From the human T2T-CHM13v2.0 reference genome, Homo sapiens: a stretch of 64,000 bases of DNA. Positions 1 through 23,100 of the stretch are shown piece by piece. Numbering within the stretch: the first letter of the stretch is position 1; each line of letters starts with the position of its first letter. The stretch lies in NCBI RefSeq assembly GCF_009914755.1, contig NC_060947.1; one strand, written 5' to 3'. Made by a program: the position numbers and the translations under genes. Below the pieces are notes generated by a model. The model did no database searches. It was not told the DNA's origin and saw nothing but the letters and a program-made list of their open reading frames with translations.

Positions 1-6540
<6,540 letters not shown>

Positions 6541-7125
6541 AATTGAAACAACTCAACAGCAAAACAAAACAATTATCCCATTAAAAATGGGCAAAGGATA
6601 TGAATACACATTTCTTAAATGAAGACATACAAATGGCCAAAATTTATATGGAAAAATGTTAAACATTAGTAATCAGCTGGGAAATGCAAATGAAAACCAT
6701 GATGAAATATCATCTTACTGCAGTTAGAATGGCTATTATTAAGAAGCCTCACAAGAAGATACTTGTGAGGATGTAGATAAAATGAACTCATACACTGTAA
6801 GTGAGAATGTAAATTAGTATAGCCATTATGGAAAACAATATGGAGATTTCTCAAAAAATTAACAACAGAACTACCATACAAACCAGCAATACCACTACTA
6901 GGTATTTATCCAAAGGAAAGGAAATCAATATCTCAAAGGGATACCTGCATCCCCATGTTTATTGCAGCACTACTCACAATAGCAAAAATATGGACTCAAC
7001 CTAAGTATCCATCCACAGATGAATGGATAAAGAAAATGTGTGGTATATATACATATAAAATAATATTCAGCCAAAAAGATATGAAATTATGTCATTTTCA
7101 GCAACATGGACAGAACTGGAGGTCA
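6541..7125 (+). mobile_element. Older L1 (L1MA-like) ORF2 3' fragment
   Basis: ORF2 C-terminal remnant MFIAALLTIAKIWTQPKYPSTDEWIKKM; ends abruptly at ctggaggtcat. Confidence 0.85.
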
Positions 7126-10100
7126 TCGGCTTTTAGCGTGCCTCGGCCACTTGGAAATAGCAAAATTAGTACATAAAGATCCACACTGTCAGCTTTAATT
7201 CAAGAAAGAGAACAGGAATTCCCTGGGGAAAAAAAAGGATACACTAAATCTCTGGAGCCAACCTGTTGCAGGATGGCGCCATTTTGAGAGCAGAACCAAC
7301 AGTGTACTGTATGCTGCCCTGAGGCCCAATAGCCCCTGCATTTTCGCATCTCTTGGACCCCACAGGCTTCTCCTCACATCTACTCAGAGGGCCACTGTGT
7401 TGTGGTACCCACTGGACCCAGTAGTGCAGCCACATCACAGGTTCCCAAGCCCGTGCAGCACCCAACACCCTAGGAAACACAAAATCCAGCACATCAGGGA
7501 TGCTGCCTCCAGAATATATGGAATGAAAGAATATGCCCCCCAGAGCCTGAGAGAAGACTGCCTGGGACTGCGGCTACCTAGAGCAATCCCATCCCACTTC
7601 AGCAGCAGGATAATACTCACCACTGCACCCTGCCTGGTGACCTGGGTAGTAGCCTGCCTGCCATGCTGCAGACATTGCTGGTGCCCACCCAACCAAGCAG
7701 AGAGCTCAGGGATAGGCAGGTCTCCACATCCTATCCTTGGGCTTGAGTATCTACCCACCCACCCTGCCACTGACGCTATCAGCACCAATGCATACCACTA
7801 AGGGATTCAAGTATTGGCCTTCCTGTCCCATTCCTACCCCCATCAGTGCAAACATGCACCATATACGGGCCTGAGGACCAGCCTGGCTGATGACCTATCA
7901 TCAGCAAAGCCTCACCACAGCCTCCTCAAACAACTTGAGTCCAAGCCCGTAAAGAACTCATAGATACTGCTGATGTTGATTACACCTAAAGTAATCATAT
8001 GGAGACTACACCATAGTGCCCACCCAGAACCAAAGCCAAAGCACGCTGCCCAACAAACATTGTAGATACATATACATTAAATGGCTTTCCCTATGGAAGC
8101 TATTCCATAAAATTAGAAGAAACAGCAGTTACACCAAATGCACAGATGTCAATGTGAGAACACAAGGAACATAAAAAAGCAATGAAACATAACATATATA
8201 AAAGAACAAAAAACTCCCCAGTAACAGATATCAAAGAAAAAAATGAAATTTCAGAAAAGGAATTCAAAATCATGATCTTCAGGGAACTCCGTGAGATATA
8301 AAAGGAAAACAAACAATACAAAGTACTAAGGGAATTACCTCTGGATCTGAATCAGAAAGTCAACAAAGAGATAGATATCATATAAAAGAGCCAAATAGAA
8401 ATCCTAGAATTAAATAATTCAATGAATGAAATAAAAAATAGAATCGAGAATATAGGTTAGATCAAGCAGAAGAAAGACTTTTGAATATCAAAAAACGTCT
8501 TTTGAAATAACTGAGTTGGACAGGAAAAAAAAGAAAGAAGAAAGTCCACATAACATATAGGACACCATCAAGTCAGCAAATATTTGAATTTGGGGAGTTC
8601 CAAAAGGAGAAGAGATGGGAAAAGACATTGAAAACCTATTTATGAAAAAATAGCTTGTAAATTTCCCAAGTCTTGGAAGAGGTATAGACATTGAGACCCA
8701 GGGAAGCTAAAAAGTCCCCAAATAGACTCAACCAAAATAGGTCCTCAGTGAGGCACATTATAGTCAAACTTTTAAAAAATGAAGGCAAAGAGAGAATTAT
8801 AAATATAGTAAGAGGAAAGCATCAACTTCCACATAAAAGTATCCAAATTAGATTAACAGCCAATTTCTCAGCAGAAACCTTACAGTCCAGGAGACAATAA
8901 AATAATATATTCAAAGTGCTGAAAGAAAAATACTCCTAGCCACGAAGACTATACCCAACAATGCTATCAGTAACGAAGGAGAAATAGTATTTCCCACACA
9001 AGCAAAAGCAGAGGAAAATCATCACCACTAGAATGACCCTACAATAAATGCTTAAAGTAGTATTTCTATATCTGAAAGTGAAAGGATGATATCTACCATC
9101 ATGAAAATACATAAAAGTATAAAACTCACTGGTAGAGCAGAAACACAGATGAGAAAGAGAAAGGAATCAAACATTTTCAATAGAGAAAGCCACCAAATCA
9201 CAAAGATAAACAGTAAGAGAGGAATAAATAAATTAAAAATATAAAAAAATTATAAACCAATTGACAAAATGAGAAGAGTAAGTCTTAACAAACCAATAAC
9301 AACCTTAAATTAAAACAAATTAAATTTCCAAATTTAAAGATACAGACTGGCTGAATGGATTAAAAAAAAAAAAAAAAAAACATGACCTGACTACATACTG
9401 TCTACAAGAACCTAACTTCTGTAAAGACACACATAGACTAAAAGTGAAGAAATGACAAAAGATATTCCACAGAAACCAAAAGTGAAAAGGGATAGCTGAT
9501 ATCAGGCAAAATAGGCTTTAAGTCACAAAACATAAAGGAATATAAAGAAGGTCATATATAATGATAAGGGGATCAATTCAGCAAGAGAATATACCAATTG
9601 TAATTGTATATGTACCCAGCACCAGAACACTCAGATATATAAAGCAAATATTACTAGAGTTAAAGAAAAAAATAGAAGCCAATACAATAATAGTTGGAGA
9701 ATTAAGCACCCCACTTTCAACATTGGACAGATCATCCATACACAAAATCAACAAAGAAACATTAAACTTAAACTGGACTATAGGCCAAATGGACCTAACA
9801 GATATTTATAGAACATTTCATCCAACAGCTACAAGATACACATCCTTCTCATCAGCACGTGGATTACTCCAGAATAGATCATGTGTTAGGCAAGAAAACA
9901 AGTCTCAACATATATTTCAAGAGTCAATATCACATCAAGTATTTTTTCAGGCCACAATAGAATAAAACTGGAAATCAATAACAAGAGGAACACTGGAAAC
10001 TGTACAAATGCATAGAAATTAAATAATATGCTCTTGAATGACCATGAAGTCAGAAAAGAAATTAAAAGGAAATCAAAAAATGTCTTGAAACAAAGGAAAA

Positions 10101-10497
10101 TGTAAATACAACATAACCAAACTGATGGGATACAGCAAAAGCAGTGCTAAGTGGGAAGTTTATAGCAATAAATGCCTACAACAGAAAAGAAGAAAGATTT
10201 CAAATAAACAACCTATCCATGAACCTCAAGGAACTAGAAAAGTAAGAACAGGCCAAACCCAAAAGTAGCAGGAGGAAGAAATGATAAAGATCAGAGCAGA
10301 ACTAAACAAAAAAAAGAATTTTAAAAAACACAAAAGATCAACGAAATAAAAAGCTGTTTTTTTTAAAAAAGATTAAAAAATCCACAAACTATTAGCTAGA
10401 ATAACTAAAAAAAATTAGAAGCCTCAAGTAAATGAACCAAAAAATATTAAAAAAGGAGGTACTAAATCTTATACCACAGAAATACAAAAAATCATTA

Positions 10498-10950
<453 letters not shown>

Positions 10951-13462
10951 AATTATCCTAACAATGTAAATCCAGATAGCTTTACCACTAAATTCTACCT
11001 AACATCTTAGAAGAACTAACACCAACTGTCCTCAAACTATGCCCCAAAGTTGAAGAGAATAGAATTCTCCCTAACTCATTTTACAAGGCAAGCATTAGCC
11101 TGATGCCAAAACCAAACAAGTATATGACAAATAGAAAACTACAAAACAATATTTCTGAGAAACATGGATGCAAAAATCCTCAATGAAATACTAGCAAACC
11201 GATTCCAACAGCACATCAAAGAAAAATACACCATGATCAAATAAGATTTACTCCAGGAATGCAAGAATGGTTCAACATATGCAAATCAATAAATTTGATA
11301 CATCACATTAATATATCAAAACAAAAACTATATGACCATCTCAAAAGATGCAGAAAAAGCATCTGATAAAATACATGGTTTCTTGATAAAAACTCTCAAT
11401 AAACTATGCATAGAAGAAACATACCTCAAAACAATAGAGTCCATATATGACAAACCCACAGGTAACATTAAGATGAATGGGGAAAATTGAATACCTTTCC
11501 TGTAAGATCTGAAACAGGACAAAGATGCCCACTTTCACCACTTTAATTAAACACAGCACTGGATGTCTGAGCCAGAGCAATTAGACAAGAGAAAAAAATT
11601 AATGGCATCCAAATTGGAAAGACGAAGTCAAATTATTCTTTTTTACAGATAAAATAATTTTACATTTAAAAAAATCTTTAGAACAAACAGTTTTTAGCTG
11701 CTAAAAATGAGTTTCATAAATGAATTCAAAAAAGTGGCCAAATACAAAATCAACATGCACAACTCAGTAGTATTTCTATATGCCAACAGTGAATAATCTC
11801 AAAAGGGAATCAAGAAAACAACCCCATTAACAATAGCTACAAAAATAAAATACCAAGGAATAAATGTAACCAAAGAATGAAAGATCTCTACAATAAAAAC
11901 TATAAAATGCCAATGACAGAAATTAAAGAGGAAACAGAAAGAAATGAAAAGATTTCCCATAGTTCATGGAATGGAAGAATTAATATTGTTATTAGGTCCG
12001 TACTTCACAAAGCAATCTGTATATTTGTGTAATCCTTATCAAAATACCAGTGATATTCTTCACAGAAATAGGAAAACAAATCCTAAAATTTGTGTGGAAC
12101 CACAAAGACCCCAAATAGCCAAAGGAATCCTGAACAAAAAGAAAAAAGCTGGAAGTTTCACATTACCTGACTTCAATATGTACTACAGAGCCATAATAAC
12201 CAAAACAGCCTGATACTGGTGTAAAAACTGACACATAGGCCAATAGAACAGACTAGAGAACCAATAAATAAATTCATGCATTTATAGCCAACTTATTTTT
12301 GATAAAGTCATCAAGAACTTACACTGAAGAAAGGACAGACTCTTCAAGAAATTATGCTGGGAAAACTGGATAATGATATGCAGAAGAATAAAATTAGACC
12401 CCTATATCTCACCATATAAAAATAAAAATTATTAAAGACTTAAATGTAATACCCCAATCTCTGAAAACACTAGAAGAAAACATTGAGAAAATGCTTTAGG
12501 ACATTGGTTTGAGCAAAGACTTTTTAGGTAAGATTTCCAAAGTGCAAGAAACAAAGAAAAAATAGACAAATGGAATTACATCAAGCTAAAGAGCTCTGTA
12601 TAGCAAAGGAAACAATCAACAGTGAAAAAGACAACCTACAGAATTGAAGAAAATATTTGCAATCTATCCTTCTGACAAGGAATTAATAACCAGTATCTAT
12701 AAGAAACTTAGCAGCAAAAAACCAAATAACCCAATTAAAAGAGGGCAAATGATCTGAATAGACATTTCTAAAAAGAAGACATGCAAATGGCTATCTCGAT
12801 ACATGAAAAAGTACTCAACATCACTAATCGTCAAGGAAATGCAAATCAATACCACAAGGATATATCATCTCACCTCCGTTAAAATGGCTATTATCAAAAA
12901 GACCATAAAAATTACAAATGTTGGCAAGAATATAGAGAAAGGGGAACACTTGTACACGGTTGGTGAGAATGTAAATTAGTATAGTCACTCTACGTAACCA
13001 TATGGAGTTTCCTTAAACACCTAAAAATAGAAATGCCATATGATCCAGCAATCCTAGTACTGGGTATATATCCAAAAGAAAGGAAGTCAGTGTATTGAAG
13101 AGATCTGCACTCCCATGTTAATCTCAGTATTATTCAAAACAACCAAGATATAAATCAACCTAAGTGTCTATCAACAGATGAATGATTAAATAAAATGTAG
13201 TATATATACAAAATGGAGTATTACTCAGACAAAAAAGAATGAAATCCTGTCGTTTGCAGCAACATGGATGAGCCTGGAGGATATTATGTTAAGTGAAATA
13301 AGCCAGGTTTAGAAGGACAAATACTGCATATTGTCATACATGTGAGCTTAAAAAGTGGATCTCATGGGTATAGAGAATAGAATAGTAGTTACTAGAGCGC
13401 GGGAATAGTAGGGAAAAGGAAGGATGAAGAGGGGTTGGTTGATGGGTTCAAAAATACAGTTA

Positions 13463-13831
<369 letters not shown>

Positions 13832-13851
13832 TTAAAAGGCGGGTGATTTCT

Positions 13852-14475
13852 TTTTATTTTATTTTATTTTATTATTATTATACTTTAAGTTGTAGGGTAC
13901 ATGTGCACAACGTGCAGGTTTGTTACATATATATACATGTGCCATGTTGGTGTGCTGCACCCAGTAATTCGTCATTTAGCATTAGGTATATCTCCTAATG
14001 CTATCCCTCCCCCATCCCCCCACCCCACAACAGGCCCTGGTGTGTGATGTTCCCCTTCCTGTGTCCATGTGTTCTCATTGTTCAATTCCCACCTATGAGT
14101 GAGAACATGCAGTGTTTGTTTTTTTGTCCTTGAGATAGTTTGCTGAGAATGATGGTTTCCAGTTTCATCCATGTCCCTATAAAGGACATGAACTCATCAT
14201 TTTTTATGCCTGCATAGTATTCTATGGTGTATATGTGCCACATTTTCTTAATCCAGTCTATTGTTGTTGGATATTTAGGTTGGTTCCAAGTCTTTGCTAT
14301 TGTGAATAGTGCCACAATAAACCTACATGTGCATGTGTCTTTATAGCAGCATGATTTATAATCCTATGGGTATACACCCAGTAATGGGATTGCTGGGTCA
14401 AATGGTATTTCTAGTTCTAGATCCCTGAGGAATCGCCACACTGACTTCCACAATGGTTGAACTAGTTTACGGTCG
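13852..14475 (-). mobile_element. 5'-truncated L1PA4-like LINE-1 (3' ~620 bp)
   Basis: Reverse-strand L1 3'UTR/ORF2 end with T-rich tail at 13852; exact 16-bp TSD aaggcgggtgatttct (13836-13851 / 14476-14491). Confidence 0.95.
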
Positions 14476-16337
14476 AAGGCGGGTGATTTCTACATTTCCA
14501 ACTGAGGTACCCAGTTCATCTCATTGGGACTGGTTGGACGGTGGGTGCAGCCCACGGAGGGTGAGCTGAAGCAGGGTGGGGCATTGCCTCCCCTGGGAAG
14601 CACAAGGGGTCAGGGAATTTTCTCCCCCACCCTAGGCAAGCTGTGAGGGACTGAGCCTGAGGAACTGTGCATTCTGGCAGAGATACTGCGCATTTCCCAC
14701 TGTCTTTGCAACCCACAGACCAGGAGATTCCCCCTGGTGCCTACCTGACCAGGGCCCTGGGTTTCAAGCACAAAACTGGGCAGTGTTTGTGCAGACACCA
14801 ACATAGCTGTAGGAGTTTTCTTTTTTTTTTTTTTCCATACCCCAGTGGCGCTTGGAACACCAGCGACAGAGAATAGTTCACTCCCCTGCAAAGGGGGCTG
14901 AAACCAGGGAGCCAAGTGGTCTGACTCTGTGGGTCCCACCCACACAGAGCCCAGCAAACCAAGATCCACTGGCTTGAAATTCTTGCTGCCAGCACAGCAG
15001 TCTGAAGTCGACCTGGGACACTCGAGCTTGGTGGGAAGAAGGCCATCCGCCATTGCTGAGACTTGAGTAGACGGTTTTACCCTCACAGTGTAAACAAAGA
15101 TGCCAGGAAATTCAAACTTGCCAGAGTTCACCACATCTCAGCAAAGCCACTGTGGCCAGACTGCTATATTTCTCCTCTCTGGGAAGGGCATCTCTGAGAA
15201 AAAGGCAGCAGCCCCAGTCAGGGACTTACAGATAAAACCCCCATCTCCCTGGGACAGAACACCTGGAAGAAGGGGCGGCTGTAGGCTCAGCTTCAGCAGA
15301 CTTAAACTTCCCTGTCTGACAGCTCTGAAGAGAGCAGTGGACCTCCCAGATAGCGTTCCAGCTCTGCTAAGGGTCAGACTGCATCCTCAAGCGGGAGCCT
15401 GAACCTCGTGTATCCTGACTGGGAGACACACCCTAGTAGGGGCCGACAGACACCTCATACAGGAGAGCTCTGGCTGGCACCTAGCAGGTGCCCCGCTGGA
15501 TTGAAGCTTCCAGAGGAAAGAACAGGTAGCAATGTTTGCTGCTCCGCAGTCTCTGCTGGTGATACCAGGCAAACAGGTTCTGGAATGAACCTCCAGCAAA
15601 CTCCAGGAGACCAGAGGCAGAGGGGCCTGACTGTTAGAAGGAAAACTAACAAACAGTAAGAAATAGCACGTCCACTCAGAGACTCCATCCGAAGGTCACC
15701 TACGTCAAAGACCAAAGGTAGATAAATCTACAAAGATGGGGAGAAACAAGTGCAAAAAGGCTGAAAATTCCAAAAACCAGAACGCCTCTTCTGCTACAAA
15801 GGATCACAACTCCTCAGCAGCAAAACAAAGCAACACTGGACAGAGAATGAGTTTGATGAATTGACAGAAGTAGGCGTCAGAAGGTGGGTAATAACAAACT
15901 CCTCCAAGCTAAAGGAGCATGTTCTAACACAAGGCAAGGAAGATAAGAACCTTGAAAAAAGGTTAGACTAATTGCTAACTAGAATAACCAGTTTAGAGAA
16001 GAACATAAATGAGCTGATGGAACTGAAAAACACACAACAAGAACTTCATGAAATATACACAAGTATCAATAGCCAAATAGATCAAGCGGAAAAAAGGATA
16101 TCAGAGACAGAAGATTCACTTAATGAAACAAAGCGAGAAGACAAGATTAGAGAAAAAAAATAAAAAGGAATGAAGAAAGCCCTAAGAAATATGGGACGAT
16201 GTGAAAAGACCAAATCTACATTTGATTGGTGTACCTGAAAGTGACGGAGAGAATGGAACCAAGTTGGAAAACACTCTGCAGGATATTACCGAGGAGAACT
16301 ACCCCAACCTAGAAAGACAGGCCAAAATTCAAATTCA

Positions 16338-17989
<1,652 letters not shown>

Positions 17990-18052
17990 TATGATGTCCG
18001 CTGGTTATTTTGCTCGTTAGTTGATGCCGTTTCTTCCCAGCCTTGATGGTCT

Positions 18053-18712
18053 TTACAATTTGGCATGATTTTGCAGTGGCTGGTACCGGTCGTTCCTTTC
18101 CATGTGTAGTGCTTCCTTCAGGAGGTCTTTTAGGGCAGGCCTGGTGGTGACAAAATCTCTCAGCATTTGCTTGTCTGTAAAGTATTTTATTTCTCCTTCA
18201 CTTATGAAGCTTAGTTTGGCTGGATATGAAATTCTGGGTTGAAAATTCTTTTCTTTAAGAATGTTGAATATTGGCCCCCACTCTCTTCTGGCTTGTAGAG
18301 TTTCTGCCAAGAGATCCGCTGTTAGTCTGATGGGCTTCCCTTTGTGGGTAACCCGACCTTTGTCTCTGACTGCCCTTAACATTTTTTCCTTCATTTCAAC
18401 TTTGGTGAATCTGACAATTATGTGTCTTGGAGTTGCTCTTCTCGAGGAATATCTTTGTGGCGTTCTCTGTATTTCCTGAATCTGAATGTTTTCCTGCCTT
18501 GCTAGATTGGGGAAGTTCTCCTGGATACTATCCTGCAGAGTGTTTTCCAACTTGGTTCCATTCTGCCTGTTACTTTCTGGTACACCAATCAGACGTAGAT
18601 TTGGTCTTTTCACAGAGTCCCATATTTCTTGGAGGGTTTGTTCATTTCTTTTTATTCTTTTTCCTCTAAACTTCCCTTGTCTCTTCATTTCACTCATTTC
18701 ATCTTCCATCAC
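18053..18712 (-). pseudogene. L1 ORF1p C-terminal remnant (RRM/CTD)
   Basis: KRPNLRLIGVPE...[20 protein letters not shown]...[29 protein letters not shown]. Confidence 0.9.
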
Positions 18713-19658
18713 TGATACCCTTTCTTCCAGTTGATCTCATTGGCTCCTGAGGCTTCTGCATTCTTCACGTAGTTCTTGAGCCTTGGCTTTCAGCTCCATC
18801 AGCTCCTTTAAGCACTTCTCTGTATTGGTTATTCTAGTTATACATTTGTCTAAATTTTTTTCAAAGTTTTTAACTTCTTTGCCTTTGGTTTGAATTTCCT
18901 CCGGTAGCTCTGAGTAGTTTGATCATCTGAAGCCTTCTTCTCTCAACTCGTCAAAGTCATTCTCCGTCCAGCTTTGTTCCGTTGCTGGTGAGGAACTGTG
19001 TTCCTTTGGAGGAGGAGAGGCGCTCTGCTTTTTAGAGTTTCCAGTTTTTCTGCTCTGTTTTTTCCCCATGTTTGTGGTTTTGTCTACTTTTGGTCTTTGA
19101 TGATGGTGATGTACAGATGGGTTTTTGGTGTGGATGTCCTTTATGTTTGTTAGTTTTCCTTCTAGCAGACAGGACCGTCAGCTGCAGGTCTGTTGGAGTT
19201 TGCTGGAGGTCTACCCCAGACCCTGTTTGTGTTTGCCTGGGTGTCAGCAGCAGTGGCTGCAGCACAGTGGATTTTCGTGAACCGCGAATGCTGCTGTCTT
19301 ATCGTTCCTCTGGAAGTTTTGTCTCAGAAGAGTACCCGGCCCTTTGAGGTGTCAGTCTGTCCCTACTGGGGGGTGCCTCCCTGTTAGGCTGCTCGGGGGT
19401 CAGGGGTCAGGGACCCACTTGAGGAGGCAGTCTGCCCGTTCTCAGATCTCCAGCTGTGTGCTGGGAGAACCACTGCTGTCTTCAAAGCTGTCAGACAGGG
19501 ACATTTAAGTCTGCAGAGGTTACTGCTGTCTTTTTGTTTGTCTGTGCCCTGCCCCCAGAGGTGGAGCCTACAGAGGCAGGCAGGCCTCCTTGAGCTGTGG
19601 TGGGCTCCACCCAGTTCGAGCTTCCGGGCTGCTTTGTTTACCTAAGCAAGCCTGGGCA

Positions 19659-20165
19659 ATGGGGGGTGCCCCTCCCCCAGCCTCGCTGCCACCTTTCTGT
19701 TTGATCTCAGACTGCTGTGCTAGCAACCAGCGAGACTCTGTGGGCGTAGGACCCTCCGAGCCAGGTGTGGGATATAATCTCCTGGTGCACCGTTTTTTAA
19801 GCCCATCGGAAAAGCGCAGTATTAGGGTGGGAGTGACCCGATTTTCCAGGTGCCGTCTGTCACCCCTTTCTTTGACTAGGAAAGGGAATTCCCTGACCCC
19901 TTGCACTTCCCAAGTGAGGCAATGCCTCGCCCTGCTTTGGCTCACACACAGTTCACTGCACCCACAGTCCTGCACCCACTGTCTGGCACTCCCTAGTGAG
20001 ATGAACCCAGTACCTAAGATGGAAATGCAAAAGTCACCCATCTTCTGTGTCACTCACACTGGGAGTTGTAGACCGGAGCTGTTCCTATTAGGCCATCTTG
20101 GCTGCCACTCAGCATTCTTAAAGAGAAGAATTTTCAACCCAAAATTTCATGTCCAGCCAAAGTAA
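19659..20165 (+). other. L1 ORF0-like antisense ORF in the 5'UTR of the minus-strand L1, extended to 168 codons
   Basis: MGGAPPPASLPPFCLISDCCASNQRDSVGVGPSEPGVGY...IRVGVTRFSRC matches the primate L1 ORF0 peptide; frame stays open to 20165. Confidence 0.8.
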
Positions 20166-23100
20166 TCTTTATAAGTGAAGGAGAAATAAAATACTTTACA
20201 GACAAGCAAATCCTGAGAGATTTTGTCACCACCAGGCCTGCCTTACAAGAGCTCCTGTAGGAAGCATTAACATGGAAAAGAACAATCAGTACCAGCCACG
20301 GAAAACACATACCAAATTGTAAAGTCCATCGACACTATGAAGAAACTGCATCAACTAATGGGCAAAATAACTAGCTAGGATCATAATGACAAGATCCAAT
20401 TCACACATAACAATATTAACGTTAAATGTAAATGAGCTAAATGCCCCAATTAAAAGACACAGACTGGCAAATTAGAGAAAGAGTTAAGACTCATCAGTGT
20501 GCTGGATTCAGGAGACCCATCTCAGGTGCAAAGACACACATAGGCTCAAAATAAAGGGATGGAGGAATATTTACCAAGCAAATAGAAAGAAAAAAAAGCA
20601 GGAGTTGCAATCCAAATCTCTGATAAAACAGACTTTAAACCAAAAAGATCAAAAGATACAAAGAAGGACATTACATAATGGTAAAGGGATCAATGTAACA
20701 AGAAGAGCTAACTATACTAAACATATATGCACCCAATACAGGAGAACCCAGATTCAGAAAGCAAATTCTTAGAGACCTACAAAGAGACTTAGACTCCCAC
20801 ACAATAATAGTGGGTGACTTTAACTCACCACTGTCAATATCAGAGAGATCAATGCAGCAGAAAATTAACAAGGATATCCAGGACTTGAACTCAGCTCTGC
20901 ACCAAGTGGACCTAGTAGACATGTACAGAACTCTCTACCCAAAATCAACAGAATATACATTCTTCTCAGCACTACATTGCACTCATTCTGAAACTGACCA
21001 CATAATTGGAAGTAAAACACTCCTCAGCAAATGCAAAAGAATGGAAATAAAACACTCCTCAGCAAATACAAAAGAATGGAAATCATAGCAAACAGTCTCT
21101 GAGACCACAGCGCAATCAAATTAAAATTCAGGATTAAGAAACTCACTGAAAACCACATAACTACATGGAAACTGAACAACCTGCTCCTGAATGACTACTA
21201 AGTAAATAACGAAATGAATGGAGAAATAAAAGTGTTCTTTGAAATCAATGAGTACAAAGATACAAGGTACCAGAATCTCTGGGACACATTTAAAGCAGCG
21301 TGTAGAGGAAAATTCATGGCACTAAATGCCCATAAGAGAAAGCAGGAAAAATCTAAAATCGACACCCTGATATCAAAATTAAAACTAGAGAAGCAAGAAC
21401 AAACAAATTCAAAAGCTAGCAGAAGACAAGAAATAACTAATATCAGAGCAGAATTTAAGGAGATTGAGACACAAAAAGCCCTTCAAAAAAATCAACAAAT
21501 GAAGGAGCTGGTTTTTTGAAAAGAACAACAAAATAGATAGACCGCTAGCCAGACTAATAAAGAAGAAACGAGAGAAGAATCAAATAGAGGCAATAGAAAA
21601 TGATATAAGGGATATCACCATTGATCCCACAGAATTACAAACTAGTATCAGAGAATACTATAAACACCTCTACACAAATAAACTAAAACATCTAGAAAAA
21701 ATGGATAAATTCATGGACACATACACCTTCCCAAGTCTAAACCAGGAAGAAGATGAATCCTTGAATAAACCAATAACAAGTTCTGGAATTTAGGCAGTAA
21801 TTAATAGCCTATCAACCACAAAAATTCCAGGACCAGATGGATTCACAGCCGGATTCTACCAGAGGTACAAAGAGGAGCTGGTACCATTCCTTCTGAAATG
21901 ATTCCAAACAATAGAAAACAATAGAAAAAGAAATTATTCCAAACATCAACAAAACCAATGACCAAAACCACATGATTATCTCTATAGAGGCAAAAAAGGC
22001 CTTTGACAAAATTCAACACCCCTTCATGCTAAAAACTCTGAGTAAGCTAGTTATCGATGGAATGTATCTCAAAATAATAAGAGCCATTTATGACAAACCC
22101 ACAGCCAATATTATACTGAATGGGAAAAAACTGGAAGATTTCCCTTTGAAAACTGGCACAAGACAAGGATGCCCTCTCTCACCCCTCCTATTCTACATAG
22201 TATTGAAAATTCTGGCCAGGGCAATCAGGCAATGGAAAGAAATAAATGGTATTCTAATAGGAAAAGAGGTAGTCAAACTGTCTCTGTTTGCAGATGACGT
22301 GACTGTATATTTAGAAAACCCCATCATCTCAGCCCAAACTCTCCTGAAGCTGAAAAGCAACTTCAGTAAAGTCTCAGGATACAAAATCAATATACAAAAA
22401 TCACAAGCATTCCTATACACCAATAACAGACAAACAGAGAGCCAAATCATGAGTCAACTCCCATTCACAATTGCTACTAAGAGAATAAAATACCTAGGAA
22501 TACAACTTACAAGAGATGTGAAGGACCTCTTCAAGAAGAACCACAAACCACTGCTCAAGGAAATAAGAGAGGACACAAGCAAACGGAAAAACATTCCATG
22601 CTCATGGATAGGAAGAATCAATATTGTGAAAATGGCCATACCGGGCATAGTAATTTATAGATTCAATGCTATCCCCATCGAACTACCATTGGCTTTCTTC
22701 ACAGAATTGGACAAAAACTATTTTAAACTTCATACGGAACCAAAAAAAAAGCCCGCATAGCCAATACAATCCTAAGCAAAAAGAGCAAAGCTTGAGGTAC
22801 CATGCTACCTGACTTCAAACTATACTACAAGGTTACAGTAACCAAAACAGCATGGTACTGGTACCAAAACAGATATGTAAACCAATGGAACAGAACAGAG
22901 GCCTCAGAAATAACACCACACATCTACAACCGTCTGATATTTGACAAACCTGGCAAAAACAAGCAATGGGGAAAGGATTCCCTATTTAATAAATGGTGTT
23001 GGAAAAACTGGCTAGCCATATGCAGAAAACTGAAACTGGACCACTTCCTCACACCTTATACAAAAATTAACTCAAGATGCATTAAGGAGTTAAATGTAAG

